NCBI GenBank assembly: GCA_018830525.1
Contig: JAHJSH010000029.1
Span: 105,697-169,696, forward strand
Direction: 5' to 3'
Length of the DNA stretch: 64,000 bases
Origin: Nanobdellota archaeon
Lineage (GTDB): Archaea; Nanobdellota; Nanobdellia; Pacearchaeales; GW2011-AR1
In this document: piece by piece, positions 1-10,972 of the stretch
How the letters are laid out: every line of letters starts with the position of its first letter
How positions within the stretch are numbered: the first letter of the stretch is position 1
Program-made: the position numbers and the translations under genes
The notes under the pieces: model-generated
Database searches by the model: none
What the model was told of the DNA's origin: nothing
The model's input: the letters and a program-made list of their open reading frames with translations, nothing else

Positions 1-156
1 TATCCGGTGGATATTCATATTGAACACACTCCGGAACAAAAAGAAACTATTCAAAGACAATTAGATTTTCATGGGAAAGACATTAATGGATTAACTATGT
101 TGCTCTCCCGATTTCCAATAAAAAGGTTTTATCGAACAGCAAATGTAGTGACATAG
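1..156 (+). CDS. 3' end of an unidentified gene (C-terminal fragment, stop at 154-156)
   Basis: Open frame 1 from the window edge to a TAG stop; no recognisable motif. Confidence 0.3.
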   Translation, partial: YPVDIHIEHTPEQKETIQRQLDFHGKDINGLTMLLSRFPIKRFYRTANVVT

Positions 157-236
157 AGTTACCATAACAATTAAATTTAAAAGAGGGTCCTTCTTTGCGA
201 TAGTAATAAAATGAAACTTCTTAATAAATAAATAAT

Positions 237-1004
237 ATGAAAAGGAATTTTTTGCAAAAGGCAATTCATAATTTTTGGTTTGGGATTTTGATAATCAGAC
301 ATTATAAGACTTGGTTACTCGGATTTTTAGATTATTTTAAGTTTCTTAAAAATAAACTAATAATTCATCAATTAAGAAATGGGGCTAAATATTCAGTTAG
401 AACTAACTCCAGCGATTTTGGAATAATAAATGAAATTTATATTGTAAAAGAGTATCATAGATTATTAAATTATATTAATCCAGATTCTACTATTATTGAT
501 ATTGGTGCACAGATCGGGGTATTTTCTGTTTTTGCTGCAAAGATTGCAAATAAAGGAAAAGTTTTTTCATTTGAACCTTTTGAGAAAAATAATTTGCTAC
601 TCCAAAAAAATGTTAAATTAAATGATTTAAAAAATGTGGTCATCTCCAAAAATGCTATTGCGAGAAAATCTGGATCTCGACAGCTTACTATCTCTAAAGA
701 AAATAGTGGAGGACATTCTTTGTTTCAAGAGGGGGATGAAAAGGTAAAAATTGAAACTGTAACCCTTAAGGAAGTTTTTGACAAAAATAATATCGCTAGT
801 TGTGATTTTTTGAAAATTGATTGTGAGGGTGCAGAATATGAGATTTTATATAATACTCCTAGAGAATATTTAGATAAAATAAAATCTATAACTTTAGAAT
901 ATCATAAAAATGGCGACCCCAAAGAATTAAAGGGGTTTTTAGAAAAGGCTAATTTTGAAGTAGAAATAGATAAGGTTGCAGAATTAATTTATGCATGGAA
1001 ATAA
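237..1004 (+). CDS. FkbM-family SAM-dependent methyltransferase
   Basis: Motifs IIDIGAQIGVFSVFAA and VFSFEPFEKNNLLLQKN are typical of the FkbM methyltransferase domain. It sits in a glycan cluster. Confidence 0.65.
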   Translation: MKRNFLQKAIHNFWFGILIIRHYKTWLLGFLDYFKFLKNKLIIHQLRNGAKYSVRTNSSDFGIINEIYIVKEYHRLLNYINPDSTIIDIGAQIGVFSVFAAKIANKGKVFSFEPFEKNNLLLQKNVKLNDLKNVVISKNAIARKSGSRQLTISKENSGGHSLFQEGDEKVKIETVTLKEVFDKNNIASCDFLKIDCEGAEYEILYNTPREYLDKIKSITLEYHKNGDPKELKGFLEKANFEVEIDKVAELIYAWK

Positions 1005-1011
1005 GTAAACT

Positions 1012-2010
1012 TTATTTAAATTCGGAAATATAAACTACCCTATTTTCTTTATCAGACATTCTTGCTGCTTCCATAACTTTTGCTTGGAGTAATAAATCTT
1101 TTTCAAAATCATTTTTCTTTTCATGGGAAATTACTCGACAAAATTCTTCAATCATTAATTTTGTTTGGTCAATTGGTCCAGTCACTATTTCTTCAGTGGT
1201 GGTGTCGTCGATACTTCTAGAAATTGTTGTTTTCATATGCGAAGGAACGGCATAAGCTCGATTGACCTTTAGATAAGATTTTGTTCCCCAGACACTATAG
1301 TCTACACGGTAATAAGCATTGAAAGAGGCTGAACAAAAAGCAACTTTCCCATTAGGATAATTGAGAGTAACGTCTGCTTTTATGTCAACACCCCCCAATT
1401 CTAAATCTTTTTTAAAATTGCAATAAACACTTTCAGGTTCTTCATTAAAAATCATCCTACTTGCACCAATAGGATAACAACCCATCTCATTTAAAGCACC
1501 TCCACCCAATTTTTTGTTTAGTCTTATACTATCCTTTTCAAAAAATGGGGAACCGTGTAAGCCTTGGAAAGTTATCAATTCTCCTAAAACATCTTTTTCT
1601 ATTAATTCTATAACCTTTTTATGCTGGGGATGGTACTTGAACATGAGTGCTTCCATAAGTCTAACCTTATTTTCCTTGCAAACTTCGACCATTTTTTTAG
1701 TAGACTCAAAAGAAGTTGTTAATGTTTTCTCACATAAAACATGTTTTCCGGCTTTGGCCGCTTTAATTGTCCATTCTTCATGTAGTCCTATGGGCAGAGA
1801 GATATAAACTGCTTCGACGTCTTTGTTATTTAAAACATTTTCGTAGGTCCCATAAGAATCGCACCCCACCTCCTTACTATATTTTTTTGCTTTTTCTAGA
1901 GAACGACTACCAACCATTGTTAATTCAGCAATTTCAGAAGAGTTTAATGCAGGAATCATTGTTTTTTTTGCAATTCTCCCACAACCAATTATTCCAAATT
2001 TTAACTTCAT
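1012..2010 (-). CDS. Gfo/Idh/MocA-family NAD(P)-dependent sugar oxidoreductase
   Basis: N-terminal Rossmann motif KFGIIGCGRIAKK and overall family architecture. Confidence 0.8.
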   Translation of the reverse strand: MKLKFGIIGCGRIAKKTMIPALNSSEIAELTMVGSRSLEKAKKYSKEVGCDSYGTYENVLNNKDVEAVYISLPIGLHEEWTIKAAKAGKHVLCEKTLTTSFESTKKMVEVCKENKVRLMEALMFKYHPQHKKVIELIEKDVLGELITFQGLHGSPFFEKDSIRLNKKLGGGALNEMGCYPIGASRMIFNEEPESVYCNFKKDLELGGVDIKADVTLNYPNGKVAFCSASFNAYYRVDYSVWGTKSYLKVNRAYAVPSHMKTTISRSIDDTTTEEIVTGPIDQTKLMIEEFCRVISHEKKNDFEKDLLLQAKVMEAARMSDKENRVVYISEFK

Positions 2011-2016
2011 TTTACT

Positions 2017-2442
2017 TCATTTTAAAGGTTTATAATTTGGGTCCCCATGATCTCCAGTCCCCATACCTAAATTTTCGTGGACTATTGGAGGATTACAATC
2101 ATCCCACTTTTTAGTCAACATGGCTACGGCTTCACAATCAGTTATAGCATAGAATACATGTGGCGTGTTTTTTGGAGTATACACACAATCTCCCCGACTA
2201 AGATAAATAAATTCTTCCTTAGAATCAGGAGAATCTTTAGTTACTATTACTCCGCTTCCCGAAACAATTAATAAATACTCGTCAAATTCCGGATGGAAAT
2301 GGTTTCCCCTTATTTTAGCCGCTTTTATGTATAGGTGGTTAAATTCTACAATCGGATCTTTAGGAATAAATGTAAAAATTCCCCCCCTCCCATCTTTGAT
2401 GGTATTCAGATTGCAATCCGGGTTTAATTTTTCGATTTTCAT
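2017..2442 (-). CDS. Cupin-fold sugar 3,4-ketoisomerase (FdtA/WxcM-like)
   Basis: 141 aa, motif RGNHFHPEFDEYLLIVSGSG resembles FdtA. It is adjacent to a sugar oxidoreductase. Confidence 0.5.
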   Translation of the reverse strand: MKIEKLNPDCNLNTIKDGRGGIFTFIPKDPIVEFNHLYIKAAKIRGNHFHPEFDEYLLIVSGSGVIVTKDSPDSKEEFIYLSRGDCVYTPKNTPHVFYAITDCEAVAMLTKKWDDCNPPIVHENLGMGTGDHGDPNYKPLK

Positions 2443-2568
2443 TTTATTAATATATTATTTAGTATTTAAAACCCTATTTAAAGTTATTGTAGTTTTTTGG
2501 GTGATTCCTTCTTCGCTATTTCTGCACAAAGCCTTTAGGACAATTAAACTTAAAAACTAGTATTTCTT

Positions 2569-3597
2569 TTGCCCCTTATGAAAAAGGCATTAATCACAGG
2601 GATTACGGGTCAGGATGGATCTTATTTGGCAGAATTTCTTTTAGAAAAAGGATATGAAGTTTATGGGATGTACAGACGGAGCAGTGAGGATATTAGTGAA
2701 AGGCTCTTTGCGGGGATTATTGGAAAAATTCATCTTGTTGAGGCTGATTTGACAGATTCTTGTTCTCTTTTTAATATAATCAAGGAGATTAATCCTGATG
2801 AAATCTACAATCTTGGTGCTCAATCTTTTGTGTGGACGTCTTTTGATCAACCAGAAGTGACCACAGATGTTAATGCTCTTGGACCCTTAAGAATCTTATG
2901 GGCAATTAAACAAATTAATCCAAAGATAAAATTTTATCAGGCGTCATCAAGTGAACAGTTTGGAAATTCTAGAGAAAGTTCTCAAAAAGAAACGACTCGG
3001 TTTTCTCCGCGATCCCCCTATGGAATTTCAAAATTATATGCATTTGAAATTACAAAAAATTATAGGGAAAGTTATGGTATTTTCGCATGTAATGGAATAT
3101 TGTTTAATCATGAATCCCCTAGGAGGGGTAAACAATTTGTTACAAGAAAAGTTACTGAGGCAGTGGCACGAATTCATTTAGGATTAAGTGATAAACTTGA
3201 GCTTGGCAATTGGTATGCTAAAAGGGATTGGGGGCACGCTAGAGATTATGTTGAGGCAATGTGGTTAATGTTGCAACAAGACAAGCCTGATGATTATGTT
3301 ATAGCTACAGGAATTAATTATTCGGTGAAAGAACTTATAGAAGAAGCTTTCAGAGGGGTTGGGAGAGAGGTAGAATGGGAGGGAGAAGGATTAAACGAGG
3401 TTGGAAAAATTGATGGAAAAGTTGTTGTTAAAGTTAATCCGGAGTTCTATAGGCCTGCAGAGCTTGATGAGCTTCTAGGGGATTCTTCTAAAGCAAGAAA
3501 AGAATTGGGATGGTCTCCTAAGATTTCTTTTAAAGGATTAATTAAGGAAATGGTCGAATCAGATTTAAAGATATTGAAAAAAGAATATAATCTCTAA
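2569..3597 (+). CDS. gmd: GDP-mannose 4,6-dehydratase
   Basis: [27 protein letters not shown] start, YGISK catalytic region and the length are typical of Gmd. Confidence 0.9.
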   Translation: MPLMKKALITGITGQDGSYLAEFLLEKGYEVYGMYRRSSEDISERLFAGIIGKIHLVEADLTDSCSLFNIIKEINPDEIYNLGAQSFVWTSFDQPEVTTDVNALGPLRILWAIKQINPKIKFYQASSSEQFGNSRESSQKETTRFSPRSPYGISKLYAFEITKNYRESYGIFACNGILFNHESPRRGKQFVTRKVTEAVARIHLGLSDKLELGNWYAKRDWGHARDYVEAMWLMLQQDKPDDYVIATGINYSVKELIEEAFRGVGREVEWEGEGLNEVGKIDGKVVVKVNPEFYRPAELDELLGDSSKARKELGWSPKISFKGLIKEMVESDLKILKKEYNL

Positions 3598-3671
3598 CAG
3601 TAAATCTTAAGTTGTTTACAAGAGATATAGCCCCATTAGGGCGTATTTAAAATAAACACTTTAATAAAAAA

Positions 3672-4190
3672 TTACGCATCCTCAATTAATGGAATCGCTT
3701 TATCCATAAAATCTTTTACGTAAGGATGTAACTTCTTTCTGATTAATTTATATCTCTTGGGAGTAATTATAGTTGGTTTTTCATGAAGATTATCGACACT
3801 CAACGAACCTCTCCCTTTTGCAAAATATACTAAATTTAGAGTATCTGTTCCCTTACCATGCCCGAAGGGGTCTGTTTTAAAAAGCGTTCTCGCATATCCC
3901 CATTCAGTCAAATGACTTAATTTTAAACCCGCTTCCCCCCATACTTTTTCCCTCAAGGAATCTTTAACCTCCATACCTCTTTTTATTCTGCCACCCAGTG
4001 GCCACCACATATCTTTAGCAGGAAAGTTAAGTCTTTTAACAAGTAAAATTCCCCCCCTATATTGTATAAAAACATCATGACACAAAATAATTAATTTTTC
4101 ATGGGCTTTTTTATAGTCTGATAAATCCATTAACCGGGCTTTCAAGGCAGGAGTATTTACCTTCCCGTATTCGATAGCGTATTCTTTCAT
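3672..4190 (-). CDS. Nudix hydrolase (possibly GDP-sugar hydrolase)
   Basis: Nudix box GGRIKRGMEVKDSLREKVWGEAG. It neighbours gmd, as gmm/wcaH does in bacteria. Confidence 0.55.
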   Translation of the reverse strand: MKEYAIEYGKVNTPALKARLMDLSDYKKAHEKLIILCHDVFIQYRGGILLVKRLNFPAKDMWWPLGGRIKRGMEVKDSLREKVWGEAGLKLSHLTEWGYARTLFKTDPFGHGKGTDTLNLVYFAKGRGSLSVDNLHEKPTIITPKRYKLIRKKLHPYVKDFMDKAIPLIEDA

Positions 4191-4345
4191 GAGTAGAAAA
4201 AGAAAACTTCTCTTATAATCTTTTCCGTTTCTAACTACTTTCGAGTCATGATAAAATTCTCCATCTGAGGTCTAGATATATCTTAAGAGGGTAAAATTTC
4301 CAATTGACTAGTTAACCTTAAATACCATTAGAAATTTTCTAGACT

Positions 4346-5530
4346 ATGAATAAGATAAAGGTTGTTCTCCCTTTTATGACTACAATGAATTTTCACAAAA
4401 ATTATGAGGGGGGTGATAAGTATATTTATTACTTTTCTAAGGAGTTGGCTAAACAGGGTATCGATGTTACAATTGTTACTACCCAATTAGAAAATAGAGA
4501 AATAAAGGAAAAATTTGAAAATGGGGTAAGATATGTCTTTTTGCCTCCGAGAGTTATTGGTAAAAGATTGTTTAAGCTTAATTCCCCCTATAGGCTTTTA
4601 TTCTCCTATAACTTGAAAAAATATCTTGAAAAAACAGATTTTGATATTCTCCATAGTTTTGGGCCTCTGGCCTATTTTTATTTGCATAAATCTAGAAAGA
4701 AAAGGAAACCAGTTATAAGTCAGCCGTGGGGATTTGCGCCATTTTATCTCCCAGAATCTCTGAGCCAAAAAGGAATTAAAAAAGTTTTTTTAAAATATTT
4801 TATTCAGCATCCTTGGCTTTATTGTTCAAAAAAAGCAGATTTAATTGCTATAGAAGGAGATTTTGAATTACCATTAATAAGGGATTTGGGATTAGATAAA
4901 AATAAAACTTTCTCACTCCCTATAGGAATAGATTTAGAAGTTACTAAGAAATTTAAGAAAAATTATAGGGATATACGAAAGAAATTTAATTTTTCAAAAA
5001 AAGACTTAGTTCTTTTAGCAGTTAATCAAGTTTCTCCAGATAAGGGAGTTGACCTACTTATTAACTCATTTGCCTTATTGAAAAAGAAAATAAAGCATTC
5101 GAAGTTAATCGTGGTAGGGTCTGGTTCTCTTGAGGGGATGATGCAAAATTTAATTAAAAAACATAAGTTAGAAAATGATGTAGTCCATCTTAAGGGCATT
5201 CCGGAAAAAGAGCTTTATGATTGTTATTTTTCCAGTGATATCTTTGTTTGTGCCCAAACACAACAAAATGTATCTGTGAGTGTTCAAGAAGCTATGGCTT
5301 GTGGTTTACCTATTGTTAGTTTTGATCAGGTAGTCTTAGTCAAAAATGATAAAAACGGTATTGCAGTTAAAAATAAAAATTCGGATGGGCTCAAGGAAGG
5401 AATATTAAAGATTTATAGGGGGGATATGAGAAAATTGGGTGCAGGATCTTTAGATTTAATCAAAAATTATACTTGGGAAACAATTGCTAAAACAGCAATA
5501 ACAAAATATAAAGAATTATTGAAACAATAA
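4346..5530 (+). CDS. Glycosyltransferase family 4
   Basis: C-terminal Glycos_transf_1 motif VQEAMACGLPIV and a GT-B layout. Confidence 0.8.
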   Translation: MNKIKVVLPFMTTMNFHKNYEGGDKYIYYFSKELAKQGIDVTIVTTQLENREIKEKFENGVRYVFLPPRVIGKRLFKLNSPYRLLFSYNLKKYLEKTDFDILHSFGPLAYFYLHKSRKKRKPVISQPWGFAPFYLPESLSQKGIKKVFLKYFIQHPWLYCSKKADLIAIEGDFELPLIRDLGLDKNKTFSLPIGIDLEVTKKFKKNYRDIRKKFNFSKKDLVLLAVNQVSPDKGVDLLINSFALLKKKIKHSKLIVVGSGSLEGMMQNLIKKHKLENDVVHLKGIPEKELYDCYFSSDIFVCAQTQQNVSVSVQEAMACGLPIVSFDQVVLVKNDKNGIAVKNKNSDGLKEGILKIYRGDMRKLGAGSLDLIKNYTWETIAKTAITKYKELLKQ

Positions 5531-6199
5531 TCACTTCTTTGAAACAACAATATAATGCTCAGCCCAACTAGGCATATAGTCTGCCCATTTTTCAAATAAA
5601 GTACCAAGTATTTTTTCACGTCCGCTTGAATAAATAATAAAATTTCCGCCAAATTTTGTCTTCGATAAATCAAATTTTGATTTTTTATATAATCTTTGAA
5701 GCCAAGGGAAGGTATAAACTTTATAGTGATGGTCTTCGATAGCATATCTTGGATTAAATCCAAATAACATTAAAATTCTATTTTTTAGGGAAGTTAGATT
5801 CGGAGTAGTAATAATTAATATTCCTCCTTTTTTTAAAACCCTATAACACTCATCTAGAAAATCAGCATCTTCGAATAAGTGTTCGATAGTTTCTCCAGAA
5901 ACAACCACATCGAAAGAGTTGTCTTCAAGAGGTAATCGCTTATTAGCATCATGTACGCTTGCATCAACCCCCTTATCAATGGCCTTTTTTACAGCTTTTT
6001 TTGAAATCTCGAGTCCTTTAACTTGCCATCCTTTATTTTTTAAGCTTGCTAAAAATTCCCCAGAAGAACAACCAATTTCTAATATTTTTCCCTTAGGGAG
6101 TTTATTTAAAATAGAATTCATTTTTTTATAACGGATATCATCTAATAGAACGATGTTATCATCAAATGTTCTTCTTTGTCTTATAACATTTTTTTCCAT
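5531..6199 (-). CDS. Class I SAM-dependent methyltransferase
   Basis: Motif I LEIGCSSGEF; Methyltransf_11-like. Confidence 0.75.
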   Translation of the reverse strand: MEKNVIRQRRTFDDNIVLLDDIRYKKMNSILNKLPKGKILEIGCSSGEFLASLKNKGWQVKGLEISKKAVKKAIDKGVDASVHDANKRLPLEDNSFDVVVSGETIEHLFEDADFLDECYRVLKKGGILIITTPNLTSLKNRILMLFGFNPRYAIEDHHYKVYTFPWLQRLYKKSKFDLSKTKFGGNFIIYSSGREKILGTLFEKWADYMPSWAEHYIVVSKK

Positions 6200-6223
6200 T
6201 ATTTAAACAGAGGACTATGCTTT

Positions 6224-7057
6224 TTAAAGATTTTTATGATTCTTTTTAAGATCATGGACTTGCAAACCTAACATAAAATAGTAAATCATATTAAAAAAAG
6301 CAAACTTTAATGCCACTTTTCCTTCCTTCCAAGCCCCTTCGCTCAAATAAATTTTAAAAAATGCCAATATTGCAAAAGGTATTGCTGAAAGTAGGGGGAA
6401 ATTTTTTCTAATTTTAATTGTCAGGGGGAAGTCATCTCGATCATATTGAAATTGATCAAAATCTTTAAAATTTCCTAAAGTGTACTTTGCCTGATAGGGC
6501 CCATAAAAGTCTAATCCTTTCTTTTTGAAGTTCTTCCATATAGGAATATTTCCTCCCGAGGTTTTATGTTCCAATTTATAATCTGTATTAATAATTTTCC
6601 CATTTATTTTTGGGTCATCCCAGTGAGGGAATCCTAAAAATGAAATTTTGGCGATTTTATACAATGCCATTTTTGTGGGCCATTTTTTTGTGACTTCTTT
6701 TTTTCCATCCCAAAAAAGCCATAAAAAGGAATATGCATCAGCTTTTGGATTTTTAATTAATTCACGGATATTTTCCCTAAGTTCTTTTGACAAAACTTCA
6801 TCGGCATCGATTTTTAAGACCCACTCATACTTTACTTTTTCAAATAGGAATTTAAGATGCATTGCAGCCATCTTTTTCCTAGGGCCAATAAAGACATTTT
6901 TTGTATACTCCTTGCAAATTTTTATAGTTTTATCGTCGCAAGACCCATCATGAATTATCAAAATTTCATCTACAACCTCTTTGATGCTTTCTAAGCATCT
7001 TCTTATAATTGGTTCTTCATTATGGACTACCAGAATTGCAGAAATTCCTTTTTTCAT
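6224..7057 (-). CDS. Glycosyltransferase family 2
   Basis: N-terminal ISAILVVHNEE ... DGSCDD ... DADE, as in GT2. Confidence 0.8.
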   Translation of the reverse strand: MKKGISAILVVHNEEPIIRRCLESIKEVVDEILIIHDGSCDDKTIKICKEYTKNVFIGPRKKMAAMHLKFLFEKVKYEWVLKIDADEVLSKELRENIRELIKNPKADAYSFLWLFWDGKKEVTKKWPTKMALYKIAKISFLGFPHWDDPKINGKIINTDYKLEHKTSGGNIPIWKNFKKKGLDFYGPYQAKYTLGNFKDFDQFQYDRDDFPLTIKIRKNFPLLSAIPFAILAFFKIYLSEGAWKEGKVALKFAFFNMIYYFMLGLQVHDLKKNHKNL

Positions 7058-7095
7058 AGTCTGACAAAAGGTAAAACATTTATAAAGATTCCTAA

Positions 7096-8589
7096 ATGAA
7101 ATTTATAATGGGGAAAAATGCTTTTGAAAATGATTTGGAGTTAACTAGGAGATTTGGAAAGGAAAAAGTGGGGGGGGGAAATTTTGAAAGTTATCTTTCT
7201 GGGGAAGAAGAATATTTTAAAATTTTAGATCATATGATTGCGGTAATGATTCCTTGGAAAAAAAATTATCATCCTAATCAAATTAGAGAGCATTTAATTT
7301 TTAATTATCGAAGGTTTAAGAGTTATTTGAGGAAACTGGAGAAACAACCTGCATTAAAAAAAGGGACTGTTTTTTTCCTCCCAATTAGCGAAACAAATAC
7401 TATGTTTTTTGAACCAATAATAAAAAAATTAATAACAAAGACAGGGGTAAAAGTTTTGAGGTTTGATTATTCCTTAAATGGTATAAAAAAAGAATTAATA
7501 AAAAGAAAACTTCCCTATGTGAATTTTGAAAAGTATTTAGATAAAACTTCTTTAAGGGGGGCAAGAGAAATAAGGAAAAGGTATCGTAAGGCTTTTGAAA
7601 TCGCTAAAATAATTTTAAAAAGGAATAAGGAATATGAAGAATTAAAACCAGTGATTAAATATTATTTTGGTGTAAGAAATAGATTTTATGAAATTTTGGA
7701 GTTTATAGCCGGTTTGAAGAATTTTATTAGAATAGAAAAACCTTCAATGATTGTTGTACCTGATGAGACCATGGATATTGTTCGGGCAACTTCTTATATC
7801 TGTAAAAAAATGAAGATTCCTTGTATTTCTATGCAATCAGGAAATATGATTAATGAATCCCCTGAATCAGGTGAAACTTTTGCAATTAAAAAAACGGTTT
7901 TTGGTCCTTTTGCAAGGAAGAAAACTATTGAAAGGGGAATGTCTTCTAAAAAAATTGTTGTTACGGGTTCTCCGTTATACGATGTTATTTTTAAGAAAAA
8001 AATGTCTAAGAAAAAAATAAATGATAAGAAAAAAAAGTTAGGATTAATAGGTAAAACGGTAGTCCTTTTTGCATCTACAACAAATTTAGATATCGCAAAA
8101 AAACGATTAAATATTTTATTTAAAATAGCCAACAAGAATCCTAATTTAAAAGTTATTGTTAAACAACATCCAGGAGAATATCAAGATAAAAGATATGAAA
8201 AGTTTTATAGGGCTCTTGCAAAAAAATATAAGATAAATATTATAGTGAGTAAGGAAGACATGTGGAAGATGTTGAGTCTTTCAGATATTTATATTACAGA
8301 TATTTCTACAACTATCTTAGAGGCCCTTATCCTAAGGAAAGCGATTATTTTAACAAATTTTGAAAAATTTTACGATTATGAACCTTATCCTGAAAAGAAA
8401 GGTGTTATTTGGCATGCCTATAATTTCAAGGATGTTGATATGGCAATTAAACATATCTTACATAGAAAGCCGGGGGAAGAAGAAGAGGCTTTTAGAAAAA
8501 AATTGATTGAAGATAATCTCTATAAGGTTGACGGAAAATCTACAGAGAGGGTTTGTAAACTTATAGAAAAGTTAAAATTAAAGAATTAG
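7096..8589 (+). CDS. GT-B-fold glycosyl/glycerophosphotransferase-like protein (TagF-like?)
   Basis: Weak resemblance to CDP-glycerol glycerophosphotransferases (VVLFASTTN, KQHPGE); context is a glycan cluster. Confidence 0.4.
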   Translation: MKFIMGKNAFENDLELTRRFGKEKVGGGNFESYLSGEEEYFKILDHMIAVMIPWKKNYHPNQIREHLIFNYRRFKSYLRKLEKQPALKKGTVFFLPISETNTMFFEPIIKKLITKTGVKVLRFDYSLNGIKKELIKRKLPYVNFEKYLDKTSLRGAREIRKRYRKAFEIAKIILKRNKEYEELKPVIKYYFGVRNRFYEILEFIAGLKNFIRIEKPSMIVVPDETMDIVRATSYICKKMKIPCISMQSGNMINESPESGETFAIKKTVFGPFARKKTIERGMSSKKIVVTGSPLYDVIFKKKMSKKKINDKKKKLGLIGKTVVLFASTTNLDIAKKRLNILFKIANKNPNLKVIVKQHPGEYQDKRYEKFYRALAKKYKINIIVSKEDMWKMLSLSDIYITDISTTILEALILRKAIILTNFEKFYDYEPYPEKKGVIWHAYNFKDVDMAIKHILHRKPGEEEEAFRKKLIEDNLYKVDGKSTERVCKLIEKLKLKN

Positions 8590-10373
8590 TGTTGCTTTAC
8601 AATGGACTCAATGGTTTTTCGTGTTTCTCCAGGAGTTTGTGGAAATTTTTCTAATACCTTTGATAAATTAAATTGATCAAATCTCTCTTTCCAGTAATCA
8701 TCTAGATTCTCATTAGTTTTCTGAATATATCTTTCAGCTTCTAAGGTATTCCCGGACAATTGGTAAGCAAGAGAGAGAAAAAATGGGAAGTCCGCATTTA
8801 AGGGATAACTTTTTTGAAGAACAGACATCCAGCTTGCGAGTTTTTTAGGATTTCCTCCTGGTTGAAGATGTTTGTTTTTGATAAAATTTTTTTCCATATT
8901 TAGAGTAAACCAAATTTGCTTTAATTGTTCTCCTGAAGGAATTTGTTCAGGACTTATGTTAAAGATATCATAACCTTCTAGAACTTTCTCCTTAGATTTT
9001 ATAGCCATCTGGCGATCCGCTTTTGAAGGAATGAAGTTTTTACTAGAGTCCTCTTCCCTTTTCTCGGTCCCAAGGGGGATATAGGTAGAGTACGAGCACC
9101 AATCTGAATTCAATTCCTTCGAGAAGTCAAAAGTATTCATTATTTGTCCGAAGGTTTCTTTAGGGAATCCGAATATATAATTGAAGGAGATAAATAATTC
9201 AGGAAATTTTTCTGCTCGTTTTGCAAATTTTCTGAAAGAATCCAAAGTCCCGGGTTTTCTTATCTGTTTTAGAATTTCGGGATTTCCAGATTCTACTCCA
9301 ATCTTAAATCCCACACAACCAGATTCTCTCATTTTTCCAAGGATATTTTCTTTCAGATCATAAGCGATTAGTCCATTTTGTGCAGACCAAGACAAGTCTC
9401 GTTTAGATAATCCATTTAGTAAATCTTCTAATCTTTCCTTATCTTTAGTTAAATCATCATCTAAAAATTCAATATGTCTTATTCCCCGACTGTAGAGATA
9501 GTCTATTTCTTCTAAGACTTCCTTAACTTCCCGTCCCCTAACGCCTTTTCCAATATAATCTCTAACCGTGCAGAAGCTACAGTTTCCCCTACATCCTCGA
9601 TTGAAAACAATTGGTGCAGAAAGAACATCTTCCCCTGCCATTCTTGAAAATGGTCCGAAGGTCCCAATACTAGAATAGTCTTCTATGGGCATTTTTTTAT
9701 GTTGATTTATTAAATTTCCTTTAAGAATTACTACATCTCTTGGACCTTCCGTCCTCTCAATTTCTTCTCCCGATTTGAATTGGATTCCAGAAACTTCCCT
9801 TGAGTTTCCAGTTTGATAGAGTTGGTTGAATATATAATTTAACTTATTTTCCCCCTCCCTTTCACAAACAAAGTCACATAATCTCTCGTTTAATAGATTT
9901 TGAGCCTCATATGTCGCATTTTGACCTCCCACGATGATAATTGGATCTATATCGCTGGACCTTATTGCTTTTAATACTTCTAAGAAATTTGAATGAGCCA
10001 TAGTAAAGGTGTTTGCTACCCCTACAACTGAGGGTTGATAGGATTCTAGCAGCCCCTCCATGATGTCTAGCCATTGAGAAATGTCATAACCGGGGTTTTC
10101 ATGAACTTTTTTCAGAAGTTCATAATTCATATCAAGGATTCTTGTTTCAATGCCATTGCCTTCAATTGTATCTGCAAGACATTGTAGTCCTGTTGGAAGA
10201 TATGCTTGATAACCTCTACTTAATGCAATCTTACTGTTGAATAATACTTGTCCATTTCTTGAAGGGTCTGGAACTAGATTAGTCTGGGGAACCTTAATAA
10301 GGAGTGTCTTTCCATTTAAGTCGTGTTTTTCTCTGAGGCCCTTACAGTATTTGGAGATATTGCTTTCTGTCAT
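8586..10373 (-). CDS. B12-binding radical SAM protein
   Basis: N-terminal B12-binding region (IIIVGGQNATYE) and a radical SAM cysteine motif CRGNCSFC. Confidence 0.8.
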   Translation of the reverse strand: MTESNISKYCKGLREKHDLNGKTLLIKVPQTNLVPDPSRNGQVLFNSKIALSRGYQAYLPTGLQCLADTIEGNGIETRILDMNYELLKKVHENPGYDISQWLDIMEGLLESYQPSVVGVANTFTMAHSNFLEVLKAIRSSDIDPIIIVGGQNATYEAQNLLNERLCDFVCEREGENKLNYIFNQLYQTGNSREVSGIQFKSGEEIERTEGPRDVVILKGNLINQHKKMPIEDYSSIGTFGPFSRMAGEDVLSAPIVFNRGCRGNCSFCTVRDYIGKGVRGREVKEVLEEIDYLYSRGIRHIEFLDDDLTKDKERLEDLLNGLSKRDLSWSAQNGLIAYDLKENILGKMRESGCVGFKIGVESGNPEILKQIRKPGTLDSFRKFAKRAEKFPELFISFNYIFGFPKETFGQIMNTFDFSKELNSDWCSYSTYIPLGTEKREEDSSKNFIPSKADRQMAIKSKEKVLEGYDIFNISPEQIPSGEQLKQIWFTLNMEKNFIKNKHLQPGGNPKKLASWMSVLQKSYPLNADFPFFLSLAYQLSGNTLEAERYIQKTNENLDDYWKERFDQFNLSKVLEKFPQTPGETRKTIESIVKQH

Positions 10374-10456
10374 AATTTATGTCTTTTTTGCCCACTTATA
10401 AGTTTTATCGTTGTAAATTTAGAAAGGTATAAAAGTCATCGAGGCAAAGAATTTTT

Positions 10457-10972
10457 ATGGAAAGGGCAATTTTTCTTGATAGGGATGGGATTATTAACAA
10501 AAATGCGGCAGAGCAGGAGTATATCACTTCATGGAGAGAATTTGAATTTTTGCCTAATGTTTTAGAATGTTTGGCTAGAGCTGCTAGAATGAATTATAAA
10601 ATCTTTGTAATCACCAATCAAAGGGGAATTGCCCGAGGGAAAATGTCTGAAGAAGACGTTGAGGAAATTCATTCTAATATGATAAATCAAATTAATGATG
10701 CTGGTGGCAGAATAGACAAGATTTATGTTTGTCCGCATGGATATGGGGTGTGTGATTGTCGAAAACCCCTCCCCGGAATGCTCGATATGGCTAAACAAGA
10801 GTTTAATATTTCTCTGGAGGCTAGCTGGGTAATCGGAGATGCTATATCCGACATCGAGATGGGTAAATCTCGAAAATATAAAACGATATGTGTTGGGAAG
10901 GGTGCAGGTATTGCGGATTATAATGTTAAGTCTTTAAGAGAGGCTATTGAAATTATTATTTCTGATTCTTAA
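10457..10972 (+). CDS. gmhB: D-glycero-D-manno-heptose 1,7-bisphosphate phosphatase (HAD-IIIA)
   Basis: AIFLDRDGIIN HAD motif I, typical size, and it neighbours gmhA, hddA and hddC homologs. Confidence 0.75.
   Translation: MERAIFLDRDGIINKNAAEQEYITSWREFEFLPNVLECLARAARMNYKIFVITNQRGIARGKMSEEDVEEIHSNMINQINDAGGRIDKIYVCPHGYGVCDCRKPLPGMLDMAKQEFNISLEASWVIGDAISDIEMGKSRKYKTICVGKGAGIADYNVKSLREAIEIIISDS

Noticed and set aside
1514-2114. Antisense or out-of-frame ORFs nested in confidently called genes (1514-1807, 1767-2114, 2641-2850, 6648-6953, 7794-8135, 15362-15910, 47768-48310, 61495-61821, 62464-62766 and others)
   Set aside because: They lie fully inside longer ORFs with clear family motifs and have low-complexity or biased composition. 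They are treated as shadow ORFs.
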